Below are positions 1-11,239 of a DNA stretch of 64,000 nucleotides, piece by piece. The stretch covers positions 2,976,001-3,040,000 of the forward strand of contig CM068768.1 of the NCBI GenBank assembly GCA_035084275.1, read 5' to 3'. This DNA is from Hydrolagus colliei (lineage: Eukaryota). Position numbers and translations under genes: made by a program. How positions within the stretch are numbered: the first letter of the stretch is position 1; every line of letters starts with the position of its first letter. Below the pieces are notes generated by a model. It did not search any database and had not been told where the DNA came from. It saw only the letters and a list, made by a program, of their open reading frames with translations.

Positions 1-3000
1 TCTCTGTACCTCACAAGAAGCAGATTTAAGTTCCATTGAACAATGCATATATAAACGCGAAATATAGCTTATTGTCTCACATTTTCACTGTAGAGAATCA
101 GCACAGAGATCCTTGCACAATAAAGAGGGATGGAAACACATTTTCGTTGGATTCATCAAACCTTGACGAATATTCAGGATTGATTTTTGAAGTATTATTC
201 GTAATATTTAAATTGACTTCCGATTTATATTATGCCACTTTTCTTTAAATTATGTTTCACATATTATATTCACGGTACTGAAATTATCTTAAAACTCTTG
301 ACAAACACAAACCCGAATAATATGGCTAAGACGACATCTCTTCACGAATCATTGGAAAGCGCCATGTGTTAAATATACTCGGTTTCTAATATTGTACCAA
401 CGTTTGTTATTGGAACCACATAAAGACAAATTATCAGCGCTTTGCCATTATCCTTCATGATATTTAATCGTTTTACTCATGTAGTAGTAACATTTGAAAT
501 AAACCCACGATACAGTGAGAACGTAACAGAGATCCGAGGGAGCTGTTTAACATGCAAGTCTAAGACCCACCAGCAGAGCTCGCTTCAGACCAAGTTCATA
601 GCCATTATACACCTCCTTTCTTATGAATAGCGCCCGCCGTCCTCACTATTGCAGTTGTGCCTTGCAAAACATTGTCCGAGGCGACCGTTTCATTACTCCC
701 AAAGCCAGCTAAGGTGGTATTAATTTCTAAGTGATCTAGTCAACTGTCTCTTCAAAACTCACCCTTTCGTGTGTTTTTTTTCTTGGCGGATAATGAAATA
801 AAGTCCCCAAAACAAATCTCGATCCCCAATGTAAGGAAAAAAATTAAAAATTCCTGACGACTTAAAACCCAACTTTTTAAGGCATTCGAGAATTTGCAGA
901 TAAAAAAAATTAAAATGTGTATTCAGTGAAGCAAAGCTGGGTTAGAATCGAGCCTCGAGGGAAAACAAAACTGTACAGCATTACTGTCTGAGAACTGTGA
1001 TGTTGAATCTGTGCATGAGGACTAGTTAGTACAGCCGGTAAAGCTGTGGGGTCAAAAAGTTGAGGGTCAAAAGTTTACGTCGTGCGTGACTTGGTGTCTG
1101 CATAGATAGACTCAGCTCGATGCCAATGGTAGAAGGATGACTTTGGCTATCGGCACAGATGAGAAAATGATACCGAGGTAAGACTTAGAGGACTAGGATG
1201 ACCTTAATGATAAAGATCAACCTTTATTATATGTAAAATAAGGGAGACGAGAGAGAGGGGGAAAATAGAAGTAGAAAAAGCACCCAGTTATCCTGATCTC
1301 AATCTGTGCAAAAACAGGGAGGATTAATTGATCTCTTTCATAGAACACAGTGCACAATACACAGACATCACCAGCCCCACAACGGAAGGGGTTGTGTATA
1401 GGTTATAAAAGACTATGAAAACACATATGGAGGAGGCAAGCGATCCCTCACCAGATGCAATCAGCTCTCATTTTGAAAAGATTTCAGGATTCAGGTGTGT
1501 GGGAATAGGAAAGATTCATTTAAAATCGTCTTCTTGTAGATACGTGGTAACAAGTAAATATCCATCGATATACGACTACAATATGAATCGAACAGTAGTG
1601 TGCCCTGCACCTTGTATGGTGGAAAATGCATTTGAGAGAAATTAATCTGTAAATATTTGACATGAGGTGGGGGAGGGGAGAGAATAAATGCAGTCATGCG
1701 CATATAGTATCGACATTTAAAACAGGAAGACGGTCCTATGCTCAAAAAGAGATTAGAAAGAGATGCTTATAATGATTCAACTAATTATTAATCTAAATCA
1801 TGGCACAGTACATAAAGCCACACGTTGCTGTGAAATTGTTACTCCGAACACCCACCTTTAAATCCCTTGAGTATGTTTCTTCATTAGATGTCAAAAGCAA
1901 TAAAGTTAAGGGGCTTTCGATTCAATTATGATAAAAAAAAGTGTGAGGCTGAATTTACATCTTCGGTAGGCCTCTAAATGAAACACTTGACATTCTGCCT
2001 TTAAGTGTTAGGCTAATATAATTGTGCTAATTATCTGAATCCAGGTGTTAATGGTAAATTGTCATTCTCTTCCCCCAAAAGAATAGAATTACACAGCATT
2101 CGACATTCAGATCACTAAAACAGAGCCAATATTTAATATCTATTGGGAGAGAAAGAATCCCATTCTGTTATCAGTATGTTTGCATTCGACCGTTCTGCTT
2201 TAAAACTGCTTGGCACATAGATGGAGGTTCTTATACGTGTCTGTTTGAATGGGACATTGTAGAGCAGCAAACTTCAAAAAGTAATTCAAATGATCTGTTT
2301 AGACAAAGGATATCTAGAAGAAAAGCTTATTTTATTCTGTATATTTGTGATATTGAGAGGAAGTGCAGCTTCAAATAAAATAAGCATGAAATCAATACAT
2401 TTTCCTTTTACAAACACAGCAGCTAGGCATAATCTTCCCTTTCAATTACTGAATAACTAGAAAACTAATTGATTTAAATTGCATTGCTCAGTAACCATAA
2501 TCATATGTTGTGTAAGCATTATGGGTGCTTTAGGTTTGTGCCTTCTGGTAAAAGATCTGAGGGGCGATATATTTTCCATCATTGCAGAGTTGTGATTCAT
2601 ATCTGAATTTTATAAAAAGCCTGTTTAAATGCAATACACCCAACTGAAAGATAAATTCTGTAATATTAATCATGTAAATTCAGTTTCCTTTTTTTAGAAA
2701 TAAAGGTTTCATTTCCAATCTTATTTGATATGAAGACTTTTCTGAGACTTCAGCAATTTCAATTGGTCGTTAGTTTAATGGTAACTTTTAGGAAGTGACT
2801 TGGGGAGGGGAAAATAACCAACAATAAGCAACAGTGAAGAATATGTATCTCTGGCGGACTCTGGAAGAGTCACTTTAATTGGCACAAAACATATTGATTT
2901 GACAATAAATTACATCTCTTTAGTTAACAAAAATGGATTCCACGGGTGGAGATAAACACCTTTCCTTCCTCAATCGTTTCTTTCAACAGAACCATTCACT

Positions 3001-3807
3001 TAAACTCACACAATTCGTCGCCTGTGAGTGCACTTCATGGCATGTCATGTCAGAAAGACTTATTTCATTTGCTTATTTTTATGATACACCACCATGCCAT
3101 TTACAAATCCGTTCAGATTTGCTTCTAATATGAAGTTGTCGTATCACACGGGGCAACATAAACGTAAAATAAAACACAAAGTGAGGATCTCCAGTACAAA
3201 GGCCCATAGAATAATTTACTGAAAACTTCTGCAAGTGTGCGTGTGTATGCATGGGGGTGGTGGGGGGCGGGGTGGGGGAGGGGGTTGTGGGGGTGCTTAG
3301 AGTGCAGTGCGCACACTTTAGTTTTAATAATAAAATGATCTGGTGCATTAGACACAGACAATTTTTTGGATGTAAAAATTAAATTAGACATATCTTGCTG
3401 GGAGTACTTATCGGAGTGATGTTCTGTGTTAACATTGTTCGTTTTCATTAATTCTGCAGAATAGAATGCTATGAAATACAGAACGTTCACCAAAGATTTA
3501 TTTTTGGTAAAGCATGTGAGAGGGAGGGGGGTGGGTGGGGGGGAACGTATTACTTTTGTTATTCAAATCGGACTCTGGTACGTCGTAACCTTACGAAATT
3601 CAAAGCAGTGAGTTCGGTAATAAATATTTGATGCTAATGGAGCACAGAACATGCTATGCTTGAGAGAATATCCAGCGCCTTAATGCTGCTTGGGGTAAAC
3701 TCCCTGACTTGCTATTTTTCTCGAACGTAATGACCTGAGCAGAATTCAATATGACTGAGAGACCCATCCACCCTATAGAACTTGTAGAAGGGGAGAGTCC
3801 AAGAGCG

Positions 3808-3824
3808 AGGTGAAACACAGGTCA
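3808..3824 (+). promoter_or_regulatory. DR5 RARE upstream of Hox4 (B4U-RARE equivalent)
   Basis: AGGTGA-aacac-AGGTCA, 3.6 kb upstream of Hoxb4. Same form and position as the Hoxa4/b4/d4 5' RAREs. Confidence 0.85.
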
Positions 3825-5861
3825 CAGCGTCTAACAAATATTAAAATGTACTCGGACGCATGACACGCCTGGGTGTTTAACAAAGACTGTCAATGTATTA
3901 GATTAATACTAAAACTGGGAGAGAAAAACAGAATGTTCATAGGGCCGACCCTCGGCCACTTCTTAAATGCTGCAATGCATTTCCTATGGAAAAAAAACAG
4001 CCTGCTGCTGGAAAGCTTGACTCTAAGTAGATGTTATCAGAGCAAAAAAACAGACAAAGGAGAACGAATTTGCTTATGTTCAAGCTGTTATTTTCTGTTC
4101 GATTTTCATTTTTGAGCAACCAAAAAATGCATCGTGGCTGGCTTGGTTTATGAGAATGAGATTGGTAGAGGAAGGGGGAAAGGAGTTTTTCGTGAGGGTA
4201 TGTATATGATTTAATGCAATCGGGAAACTAAAGAATCCCGTAAGACCAACTTTGTGACACATTTAGCCTTGAACTAACCCGAGAACATTGATCAGAGCGA
4301 GAGGGGGGTGGGAGAGGGATTCGTGTTTGTGAGCGAATCAGATTTAACCGTATGAGACAAATCCTGAGGATGAACTAGTTTCGAACCAATTTGTGGTCTG
4401 GTTTTGAAATCACAAATCGTTTAATTTACCCTGTGCTTCCATGGTTATTTAATTTTTATTTACTTACAGTTTCATTTTACTATTTGTACCAGTTCTTTTG
4501 TCATTGTGTATGTTTATAGTGATGTGCTTCTTTTGGTAGAAAAATTAGCTGCATTGCTGGACTTTCAGGAAACTCCCTTTTACAGTGTCACTGAGGCCTG
4601 TATCTCACCCCTTTTTTACGAGGGTTATAAACAGGAGGATGCAAGACAGCACCCCACCCCTACCACCCCCCCCCCCCCCCCCCCCCCCCCCCCACTTCCA
4701 ACCTGCTGCCGTTTGCATCCTCGGTTAGGATAGCAATCTGCAGCGAGATGCCTTTGAAATGCACAGCAGATAGTTGACAGTAAATGTATTTATCTTCCAA
4801 ACTTCCGAAATGTCGACATTTTTATTACACTAAGAAAAACAAAGCACCGGGATTTTTTACCCACAAAAGAAAGAATGTGTGTGTTTTCAGAATATCTTGC
4901 GATTCCTTCCAAAGTACCATTTTATTGTGGAAAGAGTCATAGACTTTCAATAAAACTCTTAACTTTAGCTATTAAATTGTTATTTTACTTCACAAAATTA
5001 AGGCCACGAAACACGGTTACTGTGGAATTGTACGTACAGTAGTTTCTTTTCTTTAAAAAAGTATTACAAAATCTATTTAAGTTCGCCAAAGATTTAAAGA
5101 ATCTCTCTGATTGATGTTTCTACACTACAGTATTTTCACATTTATTGCCGCTCGAGTCCTTTGATCCACTTCGCATGTTGTAAACAGCATCCTCCCACCA
5201 TAAAAATACCGTGTTCAAGCCAGTTGGCATTTATGCTTCTCAGCCGCAAATGATTTGAAACTGGCAAAGTTTCCAAAATGTTGTGAAGAAGTTACCAGGG
5301 CGATTCCATGGATCAAATGTATTTCCTTTTTAAAAAAAGAATTGGGGCGATTCCTACTCCCATTGGCGCAAAGCCACAGAACTATAAATTAGCCCAGTTA
5401 CACTGTTTTAGAAAAGAATACCAGTCTTATGTACTGTCAAGAAATATACGGCCAAAGACTTCTTATGTCGAACCTTTTCCAGTGCTCCTGTGCAGGAGGC
5501 TTGAATAAATTCAAAAACAACTTTGTTTTGTCCTGGTCTCAGTCGCAAACAAACTTTTACATATCATCACACATCTCATTCTGAACTTGTTATCGCCATT
5601 ATTGGAACTTTGCTGAATTAATCTCTGCGCTGAGTTTCCTTAAGTCTTCCTAAATATTTGCACCAGAATTGTCTTTTTTTAAAACCTTAACCAACCTGTA
5701 TCATTTACATTTCGATGTGAAAATTAATTGGATTGTGTTCCACTTAATAAAATACAGGAAGGAACTCCTTCCAAATTGTCTCTCTATAAATTTCTGCCAG
5801 GAAAATAATGTACTGGGAGTGAATTTAGATCATATCAGAAGTACAAAACTGCTGAAACTAT

Positions 5862-5960
5862 GACTTGCCTGTCCTCTATATATACCCTGTAGATCCGAAT
5901 TTGTGTTGACAAAATTGTGGTCGCAAATTCGTATCTAGGGGAGTATGTAGTCGACACAAA
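5862..5960 (+). ncRNA. mir10a: microRNA miR-10a precursor hairpin (5p arm 5883-5905, 3p arm about 5924-5945)
   Basis: TACCCTGTAGATCCGAATTTGTG at 5883-5905 is the mature miR-10a sequence. The complementary arm CAAATTCGTATCTAGGGGAGTA is at 5924-5945. It lies about 1.5 kb upstream of the Hox4 gene, the canonical position. Confidence 0.97.
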
Positions 5961-7244
5961 CGCTACAACATTCCTTCAGAAGAACGGAAGAACGTACAAC
6001 ATTTAGATCTAGTTTTTATTCTACAAATCGTTAATATTTTAAAGAAAAGCAGCGTCTGCATGCAGGTACCTGTCTCTGTCGAGTGAAATTATGCGCAGTG
6101 ACGGTGTGCTATCCTCATTCCTCTGTTACTTTATTATAATAACTGTTAAACCTCCCTAGTGTTACATTAACTACGTCACTTGAATATGGACTCTAATTTA
6201 CCTTTTTCGATATTCCCGCGCATTCCTCCGTTTCAAAAAGGTCAGATCTGAAGATTTTGCATGTTTTATAAATCAATCATTTCAAAGCTGATCGTATCAG
6301 CTCCATCCACGTAAATATCTATGTCGTTCCCCGAATACACGGAATTGTATTGAAATCTTACCATTGCAATAAACGTATCTGGAAATCCTTTTTTTAAAAT
6401 CTCTTTTAACTTCTCTCAGGTTTTTATTTAACATTTGAAATTAAACTAGCAAACATCAGCTGTGACACTTTCTAAATTCATCTCTGATAACCACGACGAG
6501 GCGATTCCAAAGGATAGTCTAGCATTATTTGGGTATATTGATCCCTGTATAATTGCGACCAACAAAACCGATTAAATATAGGACATGATCGGAGTCTATT
6601 CACATTCTGCGCACACTTTATGGTGATCTACTTAATCGAACATCCATAACTTCGTTTAGACTTGTATGTGATTGTCACCTGGGAAATGATTCCATCTTAT
6701 ATAAGTGTGCGGGGGGTTTAAATGGTGCGAGCAGACTAGTTTAAAGAAGAGTTGTCCTGGTTGAAAATCGTCCATCTAATGCACTGCGAAATGTAATTTT
6801 GTTGACTTGGGCGCCCTGAATTAGTTGATGAATTTTCTATTGATCCAAAGAAGCCCAATTCGTCTTTGCCAGGCAAGCCGTGCGTGCGCCAGCCCCCTCC
6901 GGCCCCGCACAGAGCATTTACACTGACATGAAAATAAACGAATCACACTGCGGCAATTTCTAACATATCAGATAATTTCACGTACGGTGTTCTTTTTTTA
7001 AAAAAAACAGATTTTCGACTCACAAAAACAGGAGAATATATTTGAACGGAGAACTAACAAACAGGAAAATACTTATACAATCTCATTGCATTTGACCCCA
7101 AATTCAACTTCTTTGGCAGGGGGTTGAGCAAAACCTGTGTAAAAACTTGTGTGGTTTGCTGAGTTCTGGGCTAAAAAAAAAGCATTAATATTTGCAATAA
7201 AAAAAATGCTTCAGGGAGATGTTCGGAATATCCAGCACCCAATT

Positions 7245-7340
7245 CTATTTCCTTATCCGGGAATCGAACGGGAGCAGCCATTGGCTACCCGAGTCACATG
7301 AACGGCCAACTTTGTTCACTTGACAGTAAGTAGGAGGGTT
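7245..7340 (+). promoter_or_regulatory. Hoxb4 proximal promoter/leader block (overlapping YY1/NF-Y site plus USF-type E-box)
   Basis: GCCATTGG at 7277-7284 and GTCACATG at 7293-7300, followed by the Hox4 leader motif CACTTGACAGTAAGTAGGAGGG. Confidence 0.75.
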
Positions 7341-7411
7341 TATGAAACAGGAAAAAAACGACTGGGTGGAAAACATTTTTGAGTTATTTTGCATTTCAGA
7401 TATTAAAGGTC

Positions 7412-7817
7412 ATGAGTTCGTTTTTGATTAACTCTAACTATGTGGACCCTAAATTTCCACCTTGTGAAGAGTATTTGCAGAGCGATTACCTGCCAAGCCA
7501 TTCTCCGGAATACTATAGCCGTGCTCGAGAGCCGGGGTTTCAGCATGAGCCGATGTACCCACGGCCAGCGTTCAGCGACCAACGCTATTCCTCCTGCAGC
7601 AACATCCAGGGCTCTGGCGAGCAAATCGTGGCGCCCAGGGGTCACGGACAATCGCACACCGGCCCGCAGAACCACTTAGCCAAACGTGGGCACCACTGTG
7701 AACCGGTGACTCCAAGCCCACCGCCCTCTTGCAGTCAGGTCACCAGCAACCGAAACACTTCTAGCTCGAAAGAGCCCGTGGTTTATCCATGGATGAAGAA
7801 AGTACATATAAACATCG
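7412..7817 (+). CDS. hoxb4: Hox-B4 coding exon 1
   Basis: MSSFLINSNYVDPKFPPCEEY N-terminus and VVYPWMKKVH hexapeptide. Phase-1 donor G|GTGAGT at 7817/7818. Confidence 0.95.
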
Positions 7818-7924
7818 GTGAGTAGTGTGCCTTGGCTTTTTACCACCTGGTAGCCTGGGATCTATTGCAAGCACCCATTGTAATAGTCATGCTTTAGATT
7901 TACAATCGCCTATCTGGGGGTTAG

Positions 7925-7952
7925 TAATTACATCCTCCATAAATTTTTATTG
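7925..7952 (+). promoter_or_regulatory. Hox4 intronic homeodomain-binding element (HB1/CB1)
   Basis: TAATTACATCCTCCATAAATTTTTATTG about 110 bp into the intron, with clustered TAAT/TTAT cores as described for Hox4 introns. Confidence 0.8.
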
Positions 7953-8188
7953 CTGTACGAAGTCACTTCTGGCCATGCGCCTTTGATGTGTTGTATCCGA
8001 GCAGCACAGATCGCTTTCTTTGAACACTTACTTTTTTTTGTCTTTAATAATAGTGTGGATGTGAACTTTTTTGCGTTTCTCTTAAATTTTTGATCTAATG
8101 CTAATGTTTACATGCGAGATTGTTAGTCCTTGTGCGGTTAATGTTGTTCAGTCAGTTATTTCTTTCTATGTTGTTGCTTTCTGTTCAG

Positions 8189-8511
8189 TGAATCCTAATT
8201 GCAAAGGAGGGGAAATCAAACGCTCCCGCACTGCTTACACCAGGCAGCAAGTTCTGGAGCTGGAAAAGGAGTTTCATTTTAATCGGTACCTAACCCGGAG
8301 GCGAAGGGTGGAAATAGCTCATACTCTTTGCCTGTCCGAACGACAGATTAAAATATGGTTCCAGAACAGGCGAATGAAATGGAAAAAAGATCACAAGTTG
8401 CCAAATACCAAAATCAGGTCTACAACAGGCTCATCGACTTCTTCTGGAAATAATCACTTACAAGGAACCACTCAGAATCATGAGGCCAATGGACCAACAG
8501 CCAGTTTATAG
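8189..8511 (+). CDS. hoxb4: Hox-B4 coding exon 2 (homeodomain); spliced protein 242 aa
   Basis: Acceptor ttctgttcAG ends at 8188. [35 protein letters not shown]...[12 protein letters not shown] is a paralogue-4 homeodomain plus C-terminal motif. Stop TAG ends at 8511. Confidence 0.95.
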
Positions 8512-10745
8512 CTGCCAACTTGGGAAGAAATTCATATACGCAAACAAAAATAGGTTTTTAACTGAAACACTGTTTATTTATAAGGGGCAACGTCTAAACT
8601 GTAAATATCCAGATTTTACCCCTATTGAAGGTACAATTGTAGATAGTAGTTTTGAAAAGAGGCTGGTAAAGATCAATTCTCGTTTCATCTTTAATCATGC
8701 CAAAGGCTTCCCATTTGTCATGTTTACTTGGTGGTACAAAGGATGAACCCTATGCCTACGATTACCTCGACAGCAAACGAACACTTTAATAAATGAGGCT
8801 CCGTTTCGTCAACTTAGGATGACAAACTGTCTTCTCTTCCTCACAAAACAAGCCCACAACAAGAAAGCTGGAGCAAAGATTTGGAAACATAGGCCTTATG
8901 GTTTGAAGTTTGGAATCACTGGGAACACTTTCTTTTGAACATTATTTTCATGTGTGATCCATTTCCTCAAGCTCCCAAATGTATTTCTTTTGGTGCCAAT
9001 AAAAACGTGTGTGGTTGGATTTTCTTTTTTTTTAAAAGTGCACAAAACCATATGTAGGAATCAATTTTAACAAGGTTATTTAAAATGTTTTTTAAAAAAA
9101 TATTGCATGTAATTTGTACAATAAATGAACAGTACTTGTTTCTGGTCGTATCAAAGAATGTACTTTTTCAGAAAGCCAAGGGTGGAAAATGGATAGATAA
9201 ACTGTTTTAGTTTTCTCATCACTCTTTATGACATTCCAGGCTATGAAGTTTAGCAGCCACTACATTGGGCCCATAGGGGTCTGTTTTTTTCGTCAACAGT
9301 CTATGCCCTCACATTGTTCTGTAGACTGTCACCCAAACCAAAATACGTGTAAATAATAATCAAAATAAAATGTTCAAGGTCTATATTTTCTTTTGTCTTT
9401 CTTGCAGTGAAATCAATGGATGAGATTTTACCATAGCAATGTGTATCTTCAAACCATAATGCTATCTATATGTGTTTGTGTGTATGTGTGTGTGGGGTGG
9501 GGGTGGGAGGGGTGGGGGTGGGGGTGGGGGGCGGAACAAAGGACGTTGGCTCTGCAAAGAAAATGTCAAAAGGAAGCTTAAGACATGACCAAGGTTTAGA
9601 CTTACAATGTAAAATTTCCTCAACTGGTACAAAAGTGCAGACTCCTGATAATTTAACACGTTTTTTTTTAAAAAAGGATATTTTTTGAAGGGAGGTTTGT
9701 CCATTTAATTTCACTATGTGTTTTCATTAACTTTAGCTTTATTTGCATCATTAGTATCTTTTGGATTTTGCAATCTCGAATGCGTGAATGTTTAATTCAT
9801 TTGTTCCATTTTTGCAGTACCTTTTCTTTGTGTGCATGTGTTCATATATTGGAAAAGGATTCGATGGTGTAATGGTTCAGGCTTTGACAAGCAACTGGAT
9901 AATCAAGGAGACAAATGATCTCTTTTGTCAGATGAAGCTCTGTGTTAATTTTAATTTTCTTTCATATAACACATTGCATGTACAATCTGGGAGCTGAATA
10001 TATACCCTATATAGAACATCCGTTACAGAATTATCAACTGAGGTGCATATGGATGTGCAATGTTCTTATACATTACAATGAGTCAATACTTTAAAGGTTT
10101 TGAGCTATTAGTTTCAATGTTTTGGTTCAAACGTTTCATTTAACACAACACTGTTGTAAAACCGTATTTCGAAGTCACAACCGTGTTAGCTTTCATTTCA
10201 AGTGTAAATCAGAAGACACCAGTTATCACAATAGGGCGAATGTGGTCTTTTTTGATAAATCTTCAAACTAGTACGTTTTTCTATTTAAAACATGCAGTAG
10301 AATGATTTATGTATTCAATTGTACCAAAAAGTCATGAAGGAAAACATGAGCCACGACCGTATTTAAGGACAACACAAAGAGTTGTACTTGATTATTTATA
10401 CTTATCTAAGAAGTCCCCATTAAAACTATTTTGTGTGTGCATGTAATCTTCCTGGTAGGAATAAAAAATTTAGACTTTTTGAAGGCTTATTTTCATATCA
10501 TCCACATCTAACATTTCCGTTCTGAATTATTATTCTAAATCTCTTAGATGTTTTATTTTTAGATAAGGTGGTAAAATAAACCAGTATTGTCCATTGATTT
10601 TCTCGCAATAGGTGCAGTTTGCTTTATTCTCACAGTCACTGGGCAGTCAGTGCCTTCCACAAGCCTGTTCCCAAAGGTTCTGAATACAAGCTATAGAACT
10701 AAAGTTCACAGGCATTATTTGTAGCCAGAGCACTTCTGAAAATGC

Positions 10746-10774
10746 GAGAATTAACTTGAAATCATTAATCACTT
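10746..10774 (+). promoter_or_regulatory. Hoxb4/Hoxb3 late neural enhancer core (CR3, HS1/HS2-like Hox sites)
   Basis: GAGAATTAACTTGAAATCATTAATCACTT 2.2 kb 3' of the Hoxb4 stop: paired ATTA cores resembling the mouse CR3 sites as I recall them, upstream of the ENE RARE. Confidence 0.65.
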
Positions 10775-11222
10775 CTTTCTTTAAATACTTCTCCCATTGT
10801 TATTCAACAGCAAATCTGGACGGGTCGTCTCGGGAAAAAATAGTGAAGCTCCTCCAGTTTTCTTCAGAAATATGTGGGCAGCCTGGGATTTGTCAGTCAG
10901 CTTGGACGATTCTTTCTCAGCTATGATTAAAAATCGTGAAAGTGCTCAGATCTCGAGATCGGGAGATGGTGAAACTAAAGGTAACAGAAAAAAAAATCAT
11001 TTTAGCTGACATCATATTGTTTTAATGCTCTTAACCCAATTATCTGTGAAGCTATACCGATACTGAATATCTCCAAACACACAGTAAGATACACCACTTG
11101 CAGAGTCTGGTTCAAATTTGTAGTTTGTTCCTTTTTTTGAGGGGTGATTTGTGATTTTTAAGAAATGTTTTATTGAAATAAAATCAGTGCCTGTGTTGGT
11201 CAGTCATCGTGTCGAGCGGAGA

Positions 11223-11239
11223 GGTTCATTGAGAGGGCA
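11223..11239 (+). promoter_or_regulatory. DR5 RARE of the Hoxb4 early neural enhancer (ENE)
   Basis: GGTTCA-ttgag-AGGGCA 3' of Hoxb4. Spacer and half-sites resemble the mouse ENE RARE. Confidence 0.8.

Noticed and set aside
1-3800. Hoxb5 coding sequence or the DE-RARE
   Set aside because: No homeobox and no GGATCA-n5-AGGTCA match found by eye. Probably upstream of the window.
4656-4693. Poly-Pro/poly-Gly ORFs over C/G homopolymers (also 12620, 26133, 39540, 43392, 54728)
   Set aside because: Low-complexity tracts, not genes. Run lengths may be assembly artefacts.
7403-7679. Antisense and alternate-frame ORFs over Hox exons (also 27378-27753, 29045-29376, 45074-45376)
   Set aside because: These are shadows of GC-richer coding sequence with no independent motifs.
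9998-10075. ATATATACCCTATATAGAAC looks like the start of a second miR-10 arm
   Set aside because: The seed is broken (ACCCTAT, not ACCCTGT), there is no matching 3p arm, and only loose pairing follows. Probably chance.
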